From Eledone cirrhosa (lineage: Eukaryota), in the NCBI GenBank assembly GCA_964016885.1, contig OZ024746.1, positions 83,390,001-83,454,000 on the forward strand: a DNA stretch of 64,000 nucleotides. The letters are read 5' to 3'. Position 1 is the stretch's first letter, and each line of letters begins with the position of its first letter. The notes beneath the pieces were generated by a model, which saw only the letters and a program-made list of their open reading frames with translations, made no database searches and was not told the origin of the DNA. The position numbers and the translations under genes were made by a program. Positions 1-20,964 of the stretch are shown piece by piece.

Positions 1-1097
1 TGGACTAATACTTTATACTTACTTCTCCATGCAGTGCAGTGCAGTTTATGGGCTTCGTTAGTTTCATAGAGTTGATCTCAAGGAAGCAAGGTTTGAGAGG
101 AAAAGACTGGCAAAGTTATGTTATTCAGCCCTAGGTCAGCCCTGGCTGATTGAACATAATCAAAAGCATCCTAGCCATGACTTTTGTGGAGGGTTTTTTG
201 TTGGGTTTTGTTAATCCAATGTTTTTTGATAGGATATAATTTGGAGGAGATTTAGCTGCTATTTTTAGCAGGTAAAATTACCGTAGTTTTTAAAAAAAAA
301 TACTTTTGTTATTATTTACTTCTATTTGATACATTGTCAGAGACGCATTGCAATGGGAATGTAAGGTGGAGAAGATGAAAGGGGTTTTAACCCTTTTTAA
401 TACTGACATGCCCTAAACTGCTTCTGGTTCTATGAAATGAAATCACCCATTTTAATGGTTTCCTATTTAAATTAAAGCCTTCCAATGTAGTTTTATATGG
501 GAACATAGATGCAGTTAATAATTTCAGTAAATCCTTTGAAACTCTTTAATTAATTAATTAATTAATTTAAGTACAGCATACTTCAGCTAAAAAACAGTTA
601 TAGAAAGTTAAATGGATTTAGATACAGATTTGATGGTATGTTTGGCAATGAGTGTGTACATGAGATACTCTCATAGTGTGTCTGAGCAGTTTGTAACTAC
701 ATGCTACATTGAAAGACTACAACAAACCAAACATATATATATATATCATCATCATCATCATTTTACGTCCATTTTTTCACACTAGCATGGGTTAGACGAG
801 TTCTCCTGTTGTGGGCAATGCCAGGTCAGAAGACCATGTCTTGCTCATACAGAACCGTCTATACTATATGCTTCAACTTCGGCTTGTACCCGTGGGAAGT
901 CGGTTCTACTGTATTATATATATAATGTATAATAAACAATACAATATAATTACCTCATTACCAGAGGTTTCCCGAATAAGACGAATACGAAAGAAACGTC
1001 CTCATTCGTTCGTCGGACAAATACATTAAATTTTGCTCTGGTACTTACATAGAGCACTCTTCACTCCTATGACTTTTCAATTTTCAACGAAACTTCA

Positions 1098-1139
<42 letters not shown>

Positions 1140-1143
<4 letters not shown>

Positions 1144-1420
1144 ATTCTCAGACCGGTGATGTGTTGTTTCCTTGAGCAAGACACTTTATTTCACATTGCT
1201 CCAGTTTACTCAGCTGTAGAAATGAGATGATAGGGACTGGGGTCCCTATCATTCCACTGCAAAGTGGTCGTGGAGGTGCCACAGCAGAAAAGCACCCAGC
1301 ACTCATTGTAAATGAGGTTGGTGTTAGGAAGGGCATCCAGCTGTAGAAATCAAGCCAGAATCAGTTCCCGTCCCACCCTTGCAAGCAGGGAAAAAGCGGA
1401 CGTAAAATGATGATGATGAT
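1140..1420 (+). mobile_element. tRNA-derived SINE family A (5'-truncated), RTE-type tail
   Basis: Near-identical to the copies at 57230-57564, 59990-60316 and 32222-32492(-). Ends ...gcaagcagggaaaaagcggacgtaaaa(tga)n. Confidence 0.85.
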
Positions 1421-2174
1421 ATATATATCCCTTCCCCTACACTGGTGTATGTAGAATAGTTGATATATTTTGGCTGTAATCTTCCTTAGTGGTATGGCAA
1501 TAGGACTTGTTGGATTTACAGATTGTTTACCTCTCTCTATACCTCTCATATTCCTCCACCCGTCCTCTCCTCTTTCCTCTACTCATATGTCTTTTTGTTT
1601 TTCTGAAAGTTTTTCAATTTTCCCTACTTTTTACCATAGATTTTCCAAAACTCTTATTCTGTCTTCCCTCCAGTGGCCTGTCTATAATTGTAGGAAAATT
1701 AAAAAGAATTAAGTTAAATGAGATATGTGTGTGTGTGGAGGAGGAAGAGGCTCAAGTTTTTTCTTTTCTTTTTTCATTCTGTTTACTTATTTTATATGTA
1801 TTCAACTTTCTAAACCCTCTGACTGGTTTTTCAACTTATAAATGTTAATTGGCCTACAACAGTTTGTCATAAGTATACAATAACACTTCTTAGAAAATAT
1901 CCAGTGTCTTTTTCAATTATGTTCTCCTTTTCTCTATCAGCTTTTTTCTTTCTTCTCTCTCTCTCAGCATTTTCATCATATGACAGATGTTTTGATGGTC
2001 TCTTTATTGATTTGATGCTTCAAATTTGAAAATGTGTGGGTCCCAGATGCAGAAATAACTGTAATAATTGTCAATCACTATAGATAATTGAGTAAATTAC
2101 TGTTAGAGGTGAAGAAATGTGGACAGAGAATTTTTCATGCCTGAATCATTTGTCAAAAAATCAGCACTGAAGCT

Positions 2175-2450
2175 ATGGAGTTGGCCCTTGTCCTAGAAGT
2201 TAGTGTTAAACCTCCCCTCTTAGAAGATGTTGAGTCTCTTGTCCTAAAGCTTATTGTTGAGCCTCTTGTCCTAGTTGTTATGTCTCTTGTTCTAGTTGAT
2301 ATGTCTCTTGTTCTAGTTGTTATTGAGTCTCTTGTCCTAGAAATTATTGTTGAGTTTCTTGTCCCAGAACTTAATCATGATCCTCTTGTCCTGAAGATAA
2401 TGTTGAGTCTCTTGTCATAGAAGATATTGTTCACCTTCTTGTCCTAGAAA
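2175..2450. repeat. Degenerate minisatellite, ~21-27 bp unit (tcttgtcctagaanttattgttgagtc)
   Basis: About ten recurrences of the tcttgt(c/t)ct core with variable spacers. Confidence 0.8.
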
Positions 2451-2999
2451 TTGTGCCAAAATGTTTGTATGTGCTCTAAGGTTACTGCAGTTGAGAATGT
2501 TTAGAGACCATTGAACCATATATAGGTTGTTATTGTTAAACCCCAAGTCAACCATGATCAAGCTAACCTGAAAAAACGGACTGTGATCATATCTTGATGG
2601 ATCTCCATCAGTTTCGATAATGATAATGGAATATAAGCAAACTTCTTATTTTATGTCTGAGAAATGGGCAAAAGTCCAAATCCCATGTATAAGCCGAGGC
2701 AGTTAATCAACACATTGTTTAGATTGTGCAGGTTTTGAAATTCTTGTGAGTAGAGGATATATTTAAGAAATTTTGATATTTTAAGTATCGTTTAGAGTAT
2801 AGTTTTTGTTTCACAGCTCCATTGCATAATGATTTTTTTTTGATTTTTTTTTTTTCACCAATTCATCCGTTTTATAAAATTTCAACAAGTTTCTAGATTT
2901 TCTCTTTTGTTTATTTCCAGCCACTCACATACCCTGAGTACTTTGCATTATTTTTTAGCAGACAACAAATTTGTTACATCTGAATGTAACAGATTTTTT

Positions 3000-3037
<38 letters not shown>

Positions 3038-3423
3038 AATGAAATGTATGCCTTAAAAAACTTGGAAACCATTTAACTTATTAAAGCTTTAGCTAGATTT
3101 TTACAATTACATGCATCTTGCAGCAACATACCTTTCACTTAGCTAACTAAAAACTAATTTATGGCCATTTTGAAGGCCATATTCATTGAAAACACAGGAA
3201 AAACAATTTCTCTTCCAAAGCAAAACCAGTGTATTATTCACCTCCAAACCTAAGAGTGCAGTGAGTGCCCCAACCCCACTTTTAACTAAAAACCAAATAA
3301 TTTCCAATGCCTTTGAAAGCTAGATTTGCTTAAAACATCAAAAACACAAATTTCACATCCAAATTCAAATTATGGAAAGTTGTTGGGAATGTTCTCAAGG
3401 GAATGCATAAATAACACTCATAA

Positions 3424-3527
3424 TAATTGTTTTTACTTTTGGCACAAGGCCAGTAATTACCCAGTACATTATTGGTACTTTATTTTATCGACCCCGTAAG
3501 GATGAAAGGCAAAGTTAACCTCGGCTA
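3424..3527 (-). mobile_element. SINE family B 3' fragment (Nin-domain-like)
   Basis: Reverse complement of gccgaggttaactttgcctttcatccttacggggtcgataaaataaagtacc...aacaattatt, as seen at 27456 and elsewhere. Confidence 0.8.
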
Positions 3528-5266
3528 AATATAGAAAATCTGTTTCATTGTAAAATAATCTTTCCAGATATTTATGTAGAATTTGAAGTTGATGAAAATC
3601 AGCAAAATATTGATCTCTCGTTTTACCACATATTTCTCAGCTTATATACAAGTATATACTGTAACTAAAAGGATTTCAGTTGAATCAAAAGATGATTTTT
3701 AACAGAGCAAAGAGCTTGAGTGTTTTTAAACCTTTTTTTTTAAATTAAATGTCCGAGATGAGTTGCTATTCAAATTATAATCGGCTTCCTTGTTGGAGTG
3801 TACATTTGTGCTGGTACTCCATCAGATCTGACGACAAATGTTCCAGTTCTATTAATGTAGCAACATGCTCGTGAAATTAACATGTAAGTGGCTGAGCATT
3901 CAACATGACATTGTGTGATAAGGCTGACCATTGGAATTACAGTTACAGTCCATTTGGCAGGCTTTCAAACAGTTTCTCTGTACCTGATATCACTCACAAG
4001 GGATAGGTTGACCAAAGATTATGGTAAATGACACTTGCCCAAGATATTACACTGTAAGGTTATACCCAGGACCTAGATTTCAAAGCAAGCTTCTTAATCA
4101 TTTGACTATGCTACATCCACACATGACCATATCTAGGTCACCCTATATAGGGTCAAATTTGGCTGCTATTTCTTGCAGGTCAAATCACCCTGTAGAGGCT
4201 TCCTCTTTGGTTTGTTGCTAGAAAACATTATCATCAGCCCCTGATTAAGTAGCAGCCTTACAATATAAAGCTAGTACAATGAAATAATAAGACAAGGCCT
4301 ATTTTTCAGTTATAGTATCTCTACTTAGCTAAAGGACATCATCATCATCATTTTCTGTCCACGTTCCATGTTGGCTGGGTTGTTATGGTCTGATTCAGTT
4401 CTTATTTGGAGTTATTGCTCTCTTACATTGCTTCGAAGACCATATCTTGTACTTTCCAATTTTTGGCATTGTTTTTGTAACTCGATGCCCTTCTTTGCAG
4501 AGTGCACAGGGTGCATTTCGTCGAAGCACTAGTGAGGTGATGTCCTCAGTAGGACCCAAAACTACTCTCAACTCCACATTGTATTTTTGCGACTGCTAAC
4601 CGTTTTACAGAATGTACTGGGTGCATTTCATCATAACACCAACACAGGTGAGGTAATGCTCCAAGCAAGACCCAAAACTCCTCTCAACTCTATGGTGTCT
4701 CTATTTGATCGTTAACCGCTTCACACACCTTAAATAAAAGCAACTTTATCATTTTGCAGTGCCAGCTCCCATCTTCCCATCCTTATCACTCGTGTATAGC
4801 TTGGAAAGGGGTGAGCCCCCAACAAGCTGACTCGTAGATCAGACAAATTCTCTTTCCTCAGTGGTGCTCCTAACAAGCTCAATGAAGCTATTGGGAACTT
4901 TTCACCAACCTGTTATTGTCTATAAATTACATGGGAACATGTATACTACACTATGTGAAAATATATTATGGTGGAAGTGGTCTTTTGAGGTACAGTTTAT
5001 TTTATTTTTTGGTGGGATTTTAATAGGTTACTTCTTTCTCTCTCTTTCCCCCCCCCCCCCCCACCCCCTCTAAATACAATTATACCATAATACAAGCTAT
5101 AAACAGTTGCATCTTCCCTGCTACTTATGTTCTTTCACTTCTCTTTTCTGTCTCTTTTTTTCTTCACTACTCCTCTTTCTATATCTATCACTTCCTTCTC
5201 TCAATCCCTCTCAACCTAACTAACATAACATTAGACTATTTAATATCGTTTGTTGTTCATTTTCAG

Positions 5267-5599
5267 AGGTCAGGTAAAACCTTGTCGAAGCTCTGTTTGA
5301 TGCTCAACCCTAAAAAACTACAATCAGTGTTCGAGAGGAGATACTTACACTTAGATATTTGCTTCCAGATGCTTTATGAGAATTACAAATTGGTGTTAAG
5401 CAGGTTAAAACGTAAGGTATCGTCATCATCTTCATCGTTGTCATCAGATAGAAAGAAAAAACGGAAGAAGAAGAGAAAAAACAACACGACAGAAGAGGAA
5501 GAAACCTCACCACATAATAAAAGAAAGCATAGAACTAGTAAACACAAACACCACAAACGCAAACACAATAAAAATAAAGAAAATACATTAAATAAATAA
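5267..5599 (+). CDS. HAT1: Terminal coding exon, divergent HAT1-like C-terminus plus Ser/Lys/Arg/His-rich tail (putative proximal alternative last exon of HAT1)
   Basis: Acceptor ttgttcattttcag ends at 5266. The phase-0 reading is RSGKTLSKLCLMLNPKKLQSVFERRYLHLDICFQMLYENYKLVLSRLKRKVSSSSSSLSSDRKKKRKKKRK...NTLNK, with TAA at 5597-5599 and AATAAA motifs nearby (~5590-5740). The first ~47 aa align with the 54213 exon and with the recalled human HAT1 C-terminus (L.P..L ... L...FQ.L.E.Y..V..RL). Confidence 0.65.
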   Translation, partial: RSGKTLSKLCLMLNPKKLQSVFERRYLHLDICFQMLYENYKLVLSRLKRKVSSSSSSLSSDRKKKRKKKRKNNTTEEEETSPHNKRKHRTSKHKHHKRKHNKNKENTLNK

Positions 5600-6606
5600 A
5601 AACAAAAGTGGAATTTAAGGAAGATGTGGGTAGTTGTGCTAAGGATAGAAATAATTTGGAATTTGAAAGAAAAATACTTGCTACTTTTATTTGTTTTTTC
5701 TTTCTATTTTTTTTTAAATATTTCAATAAAAAAAATAAAAAAACAATTTCAAAAGAAAAAACAACTTGCTTAAATAGGAAATGTAAATTGAACCAGGAAT
5801 GAGATTTATGTGTTTAGACATGTATATATGTATTTAAATATGTATATGTATATCCACACACACAAACATCTCTCATTTCAAGTTTCAATTCCTGTGTGTG
5901 TGTGTATATATATAATCTGTGCATATTCACACACATGGCATCCAGAGTGTGAGTGGACTTGAAATTTGAAAGTATGTTAACTTAGTGTAAGCTGCTACAA
6001 CGCGAGCTTGACTATTGAATAGTTGAACCTGCTTTGGAGAAGTTTACAGTAAGCCATTGTATTTTCAAATTTTAATATATATGAGTGTGTGTATATATGT
6101 ATATGTGTGTGCGAAGGAAGGTTTAAACCTGACCACGGCACCTAGCAGTTTCAGATAGGTGTCGTTCAGGCTGATACCTTAATCCTTCCCATGCATTCAG
6201 TACTACCCTGATTTTTGATCTCACCGGTCTTAGCACTGCAGACTCTCAATATATTTATGTGTGAATATGTGTATATATATGTATATGTAAAGGCTTGTGG
6301 CTTTGTGTTGAGGGTGTTCAGTTAATGATCATAAAGTTGTGAATTCAATTCTTGGGCCGGGCAGTGTTATGTCCTTGAGTAAGACATTTTATTTCATGTC
6401 GCTCCAGTTCACTCAACAGACAAAATAAGTTGTACCAGTAATTCAAGAGACAAACCTAGTCACACAATGTCACACTGAATCTCCCTTAGAACTACATTAA
6501 AGGTGCATATGTTTGTGGAATGCTCAACCACTTAACATTTATTTAACGAGCACGCATATCCATTCATTGAATCAACTAGAGCACTTGTCATCAGAAATAG
6601 ACCAAA

Positions 6607-13740
<7,134 letters not shown>

Positions 13741-15167
13741 TTAAGAGATTTGAGCTGCTAGTTTGATACACTATTGTTAAGATTGTTTAATCAACTTCTT
13801 TGTTATTACTATTATTACTAGGGAAAGTTAGTGCAAAACATTTGCAGGTTCATAAGAGCAGCAGACAATTCTGTATAGCATTTTGTTACAGCCTTCAATG
13901 TTCTCAGTTCATACCTCTGCTGAAGTTCCAGTCAAATACTGGAATTGATATTACTGTTTCCTATCCTACAAATTTCTGACCTTGTTCTTACTTGTGTTAG
14001 AAATAAGAATATATATTATATATATAATTAATATGTTTACGGCTTATTTGAGTTCCTGTCAACTACTCCCTGCCTTCTTGTCTCTGCTGGAACTCACTAG
14101 GTGGCACCACCATCACCTTTAAAATTTGTAGTTAAAGGTTTTCAAATGTATATTTGTAAACATATTGTATATTATTTGGTATACAAAATTCACGTATATG
14201 CACATGTGTATATATGTATACATATACATGTATGTGTATATATATATACATATATTCTGGCTTTTTTTATGGTATTTCAAAGGGTTGTGAAAAATAATTT
14301 TATCACTAAAATTTGAGGAAAAGTGATGACAGACATGCATGTCTACTTTTCTATCCTTATTCCTAAATTACATAATCATGCATAAGCTATCTGTCCTTTC
14401 AAATGTAATTATAAATCTGCTGGATAGTCTTTAAATAAAATTTTTTTAATCCAGTCAGAACTTGTGTATAGTAATATTTTATGTTCATCATTACCGTTTA
14501 TATCTATTTTTGCATGTTTGCATAGCTTAAACGGGTTGTCACAAACTGTGGCTAGACTAGTCAGATAACCACATCTTCCTCATGTGCTCCGTTTTTGGCT
14601 TGTTTTCTACCTCTGGGTACCCTTCTTAATACCAACCACTATACAGCGTGTACTAGGAGCATTTTGTGTTGGCACCAGCACTACAGCCTTACAGTGTAGA
14701 CATGTATATATGTTACTAAGACTGTCAATTGCTTAGCCTTTAACACGCTGAATTTTTTTATGAATTGCTTCCCTTGATACTGCATTATCTATTAAGGGGA
14801 GATTACTCTGTTGTCGCCGACTGTGTTAAAGGTTAATCTTCAACATAAATACATCCATGTTAAACGAAAACTATACACCAACAGTCGACCACATTCGCAA
14901 TAGCCATACCACTAATATCCTTCTAAACTATGTCCCAGCCCTCCCAACAAAACAATCACCAACCTGCACCTATTATTGGGATAGGGATGACAATGTCATC
15001 AGGTTGCAGTTGTATTATGTAGTTTCTGTGTCATAATATTCTGCAGTGACTACAATCCCATTATGTAATTGGAACTTCCCTGAACCCAAACTGACCTAAG
15101 ATAGCTGAAACACTGCAATCACTCAATTTATTCAAAAATTTTACCCACCTGAGAAGAAAAGCACAGC

Positions 15168-15520
15168 CATCATCATCATCATCATCATCATTTTACGTCC
15201 GCTTTTCCCTGCTTGCAAGGGTGGGAAGGGTCTTATTCAGCACAGCATCTCTCCACTCGTCACGGTCCCTCGTCATCTCCACCGTGAGCTTCAATGATCT
15301 GAGGTCTGTTCTCACCACCTCCGCCCATGTTTTTCGTGGTCTACCTCTACCACGTATTCCTTCAACTGGCATTTCCTGGCACTTCTTCACCCATCGGTCA
15401 TCCTCCATGCGCATCACATGTCCATACCACCTCAGTCTCCTCTCCCGTACACTACATTCTATCCCTCTCAGACACAGTTTCTCTCTCAACACATTTATGC
15501 TGGGTCGTATTCCTGGGTAA
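15168..15520 (-). mobile_element. RTE-clade LINE 3' fragment with (TGA)n tail
   Basis: Minus ORF ...RERRLRWYGHVMRMEDDRWVKK...GRGRPRKTWAEVVRTDL...RDEWR is typical of the RTE ORF C-terminus. The tail is shared with SINE family A. Confidence 0.92.
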
Positions 15521-16858
15521 TAATTAACCAAATAAATAAGACAGCCAATAAACCAACATTAGATAATACGAAACACAAGTCTGGGCAAGGTTGTTTGTGG
15601 AAGACCAGCAGTCACCCATGCATACCAGTCTCTCTTCTCCACGGGACTGATGTTGTCCAAGGCTAAGGCAAAGGCCAATACAGTTTGGTAGCAGTGACGT
15701 CACTTCATTTCTGGAGCAACTTGAAATGAAGTGTCTTGCTCGAAAACTACATATCCTGGTCCGGGAATCAAACTCACAACTCCGATTCATTATATTACCT
15801 AACAGTCAAAGCTATAAAATAAACATTGAAATATCCACTTAGCTGAACCATGTGTATGTACCGTGTATTCTTGAATATGAGCCAAGGAATATGTAACGTA
15901 AATCGTCGATGGTAGAGTCAATATTTTGTCAATTTTCACCAACTTCCAATTCTAGTTAAATAATTGTTTCTACTTTAGGCACAAGGCTAGCAATTTGAAG
16001 GGATGGAGAAAGTTGATTAAATCAACCCCAGTGCATTACTGGTACTTTATTTTATCGACCCCGTAAGCATGAAAAGCAAAGCTAACCTCAGCAGGATTTG
16101 AATTCTAGTTAAATAATGTCTAGATTTTAGCCCATTTCTCAGACATAAAATAGCTGGATCATCTTATATTTGAGTATATACGGTAAATCCTGCTCTGAAT
16201 ACTTTTGAGAAGGCTACATATGTCACTGTGTCCATTCCATATCAAAACTATCAACAGTCATCTGTTGTCATGCCAACCACATTAGCAAATGACTCCGTCA
16301 GTCATTAATTACATATATGACATTAACCAAGTTTGCCCTTTAGTCAAACTCAGAAAATCTAAATTATTCCCTATCTGTTCAAACATTTGAGACTAACGAA
16401 AGCTAAAAAATAAAACAAATAATAGAATTGAAAGTTTAATAGTAAACTCAATATTATACACCACTAACTACAGAAGCCCCTTCTGCTCCCTATTTGTTCC
16501 CAACACTTAGCCATTTTCTATTTTACTGCAAGCTCAAAATAGCCCCGAACCTTCTTAAAATCTCTCCCTCCGTGCCACAAAAGTGCCATATTAACAACTT
16601 ATCAAAACCTTAATTTAGTTACTAATTCTACCATATTTTAATATTTGGCTTTATAACACATTATCATTGGTATACAACTAGAGGCATAGGGCATCCAAGT
16701 TACCTTAAAACTGAAATCTCTAGTCTTGTTGTGAATCTTCATCATTACTGACTTATTCTTCCTTTCAATAGTGATGTTTAAATAGCTGTGTGTTTGTGTC
16801 TGCAGCACGAGGACTGGGAAGACCACAAATTCTGATTTGTGGTCTTCCCACACATGTT

Positions 16859-16914
<56 letters not shown>

Positions 16915-17881
16915 CACGCACATCCAGATGTGAATAACAAATGATTGAATGCCAGGCTAGAAACTTTCAAGTATTTGGTGTAGCACTTGTTCTGAATTCA
17001 AATGCCACTGGAAATAAAATAAACCCATCCTTTACAAATCCGTGGCTTTGTAATAATTTGAGAAATCCTCATCAATATTGATATCAAACCGTCCCTGGTT
17101 CTATGATACAAAGTTATTTTAACCCTTTAAATACAAACCACCTGAACCTGCATCTAGTTCTATGAAATAATTAAAATTTCAATAAATTCCTTTGAATTCT
17201 TCATTATATTGTAACTAATGAATTAAAGTGTTTATATTTAACGAAAAAACTATCAGAATTATCTGTAAGAACCTTTGTTCCAAAAAGTTAAGTTACATTA
17301 CTAAATTCCTCCCAATTTTTGATTATTTTCAAAATGTTTTTGAAAATCATAGTCATAAAAATCGTAATGAAGGTGTTAATGGCATTCAAATATTTCAGAA
17401 AATACTTAGGTACTTTTATGTGTACATCTATCATAACAAAATTAAGTTCGAACAATTCTAGCCAGTACTCTTCTCAACATTATCACACTCACATGTGGTA
17501 CACAGTTTTCTGTATCTAAATACTTCCCAAAATGCTTTCTATCATTCAGTTATCTTGTCCCCTACCTAAGTAACCAATCTCAATTAGCATAATTTCCATC
17601 ATATATTCTCTCTTTTCATTGTTTCCCAAAGTCTGGCTATTAAATGTTTTCTCATTGTTTTTGTTTTACTTTTTTTTTTGTGTGTTGTTTTTTCTAATTA
17701 AGGTGAGCTTTAAATCCATAATTCATGTGTCCATTTTGGAATTAATTTCTGAAATTATTTGTGGCTATGTTAGTTATTACACATTTGGTATTCAGAATCT
17801 CAGTAGAAGTTATTGTTGTTCTTTGGTATGGTTATCTTTACTTTAAAAAACCCCAGCTTTTCTTCATTTCCAATTATATAT

Positions 17882-18206
17882 ATTTTTTTTTTTTTTTTTT
17901 TTTCTTCTTATCCATTGCAGTTCCTTTGGTGGCTGGCAAGGCTGATTTTTGCAACACAAAAATTAGTCCACACAGATCAAATCTGATGTTTGGTGGTGGG
18001 GTCTTGGTAGGAATTGACAAATTTTTTCATTGCAGCCTTTTATCTTCCTCGGATGTCTGCACCAATCTTGATAAGATGATGCCACAGTTTTCTGTCTTCT
18101 GTGTGTTGTTCTTTCTCTGTTTCAATTGGTCTTTGTAGCATTGCATTGGGTGGTCACATGGTCATTTGTCTGTGCTGAATTTGCTGTAGAGGAATTTGCT
18201 GAACTC
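17882..18206 (-). mobile_element. Decayed RTE-like LINE 3' end with zinc-finger remnant and poly(A) tail
   Basis: Minus-strand pieces read ...YKDQLK...EDRKLWHHLIK...DLCG...KISLASHQRNCNG*, followed by poly(A) (poly-T at 17884-17903 on +). Confidence 0.6.
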
Positions 18207-18975
18207 AATCATATAATTTTATTAATTTCCAACTTATATGTTTTTATTCTACATAACATGCACTGTAACATATAAAGATAAACTCCAAGTGAAACAAGTC
18301 TATGAACCATATTCAATTTCTGGCCATACTTCTTTTATTTAGCTGTTTTATCTCTCCCAATGTCATTGAGAAAATATGAGTACCATGATTCTCATTCATA
18401 TACATCTGAAACATTAAAAATTGATCACCTATCGATGGATATCCTATGACAGTCAAGCAATGGTGTTTTATTTCCTGATATAATGAATTTTTATAAGGTC
18501 TCTTTGCTAGTACAGTTAACAGAATATATTGAGATCGAATTAATCACCTGTATTCCTTATCTATTGAATTGTCCATCAGGTATAGTATTTACTCATCAAT
18601 ATTATTGTTTTACTATTTCCACTTTTCTTTCATATATTATGATTTTGCCAGATATTTCTCTTTCTCACTATATTTGTATTTGCTTATCCCTGTTTCCCTA
18701 TATCCTATCTTATCTATATCTCTTTCTCAGATTCCATTTCTCTCTCACTCATATATATATATATATATATAATTTTTGGTGAACCAATCCTGTTTTATTA
18801 CATTTGGAACAATATCCTCATTGGACATTTGAGCTCAATGGGGATAGATCTAATAAGCCAATCTTCTTTTGATGATCTTTCCTTATCTTGTATAATTTCA
18901 TTTGTAATGTGCATCCACCACCACCACCAACCCCTTTCACACACACACGCGTGTGTCAGCATGGAAAAAATGGAT

Positions 18976-19016
<41 letters not shown>

Positions 19017-20764
19017 GTTATTATTGCTTAATTGAGTCAGGATAGTTGTGGTGTTGGAAAAGGATCTATTTTGAAAGTTTGTGTGTGTATTGAAAGTCTG
19101 CAGTATAGAGACTGGGGAGACCACAAATGAGGGTAGTACTCAATGCATGGGAAAAGAGAAGAGTGGGTATAAAGGAAAGTATAAACCCTTGAGTAAGCTT
19201 GCTACAACAAACCAAAACTGCTAGGTGTTGGCAGTCAGGTTTAAGGACCCGTCCAACCCATGTAAGCATGGAAAAACAGACGTAAAAACGATGATAATAT
19301 ATATATAAAATGACTATATATGTCTTTCAACATATATCTATGTGAAGGCATGTAGCTGAGTGGTTAGAGAATTGGATTCACAATGTTAAGGTTGTGAGTT
19401 CGATTCCTGGACCGGGCGATGCGTTATGTCCTTGGGCAAGACACTTTATTTCACGTTGCTCCTTCTACCTGGAGTTGCGACCGATAGATAGTACTAGCAA
19501 CTGGAAAGACCAACGGAAACATTGTTTCCTCGGTCCGATTTGACGAAAGTCGATCGATCCTTTTATATATCTATATAAACCTGTATCCTGGTTTTTATAT
19601 TTCTGTATATGATATAGAGACCTTTTGATATGTGTGCAGTCACATGTATGTCTGTTCTCATAGTTGTTGTTCTTTAGCTCCAGGCCAGCCCTCATTAGGC
19701 AGACCTATCATCAAGAGCATTCCAACCATGACCGTCCTATTTTTCTAGGAATGTGTGAGATTACATTACATAATGTGTCCTTCCCTCTTTTTTTTTAAAG
19801 ACAACTTCCAGTCGATGTGTCTGTGTATATCTAATATGAAAGAATACCTAGGTGTCAAAGGGGCTTTACAATGTGTTTACATTTATATTTGTATGAGTAG
19901 ATCTCTGAATGTGTAAATGTTTATATTTGTAGTGTAGTATGCACCTGTGTAAAAGTTTACATATATAGGTATATTTTGTTTGGAAGCATTTTCCGATTAG
20001 AGGAACTTCCTCATACTTTGTATTATATTGTAAGTAGCTGAGCCTTCCACACAATTAGAGTGACACTGTGTGACAAGACTGGGCTTTTAAATCACAGGGA
20101 CAGTCCATCCAGCAAGCTTTTGTATAGTTTCCATTTACCTAAATTCCCTCACAGTCCTTGGGAGAAGCCAGTGTTATGGTACTCAAGGTGCTGCCTACTA
20201 AAATTGTAACCAGAATCACGTGATTGCAAAGTGAACTTCTTAAACACACTTCTATGGTCAAAGGCACACAAACACATAGATTGAGTTTACAGGCGAGGAA
20301 GAGGTATTGACAGTTGATCTGATGAAATTGTTCATCATGACGGTACAGTCACCAGGTGCTGAATTGTAGAAAACCCATCCTAGCCCTTACAGGCATAGAA
20401 AAACAAACATAAAATGGTGCTGGTGGCAGAAGCAGTATCTAAAATGTGTATATTTGTATTTCTTCATGAATATATTTGTTTGTGTGTATGTACATGCTAT
20501 GTTAAGCTGAATCATCAATATACTTAAACTAATTGCTTAGTTACATCTGGTGTCAGGCTTTATCTGAAGGTTGTAGGCAAACATGTCAACAAGTAGGCTC
20601 TTAGTTTTACTGTTTAGATTGACAGAATTTTTAGAGCATCAGACACTGCTTTGCCATATTTGTTCCAGATCTTTCTGAGTTCAAATCCCACCTAAGTCAG
20701 CTATGCCATTTTTCCGTCAGGACTGAAGGGATAAAATAAAGTAGTGGTTAAGTACTGTTATTGA

Positions 20765-20964
20765 TTTAAACCAGCCATATCCGGCCAGAATTCTCTCACC
20801 TCTTTCTGTTCAAACTGGCCATAACTGCCTGCTCATACCTATGTTAAGTTATTGTTCTCAAAAGAAATAATATCAAAATTTCATAGATACAATATTATAT
20901 GAGATAGTGTTTACTGTGAAAATACAATAGTGAATATAGAGTAATGTAAATGCTAAAGGGTTAA
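20765..20964 (+). mobile_element. piggyBac-type MITE (TTAA family), 5'-eroded
   Basis: Matches the ~210 bp family ttaa-ccctttagcattta...taaatgctaaaggg-ttaa. Confidence 0.8.

Noticed and set aside
2175-2420. 81-aa ORF with repeated ESLVL units
   Set aside because: It comes from a triplet-structured minisatellite, has no splice or domain support, and the repeat register shifts at the end.
17921-18138. Strong-looking acceptor (poly-T..tgcag) and possible exon
   Set aside because: The poly-T is the poly(A) tail of an antisense RTE remnant, and no frame resembles HAT1. Exonisation cannot be excluded without RNA data.
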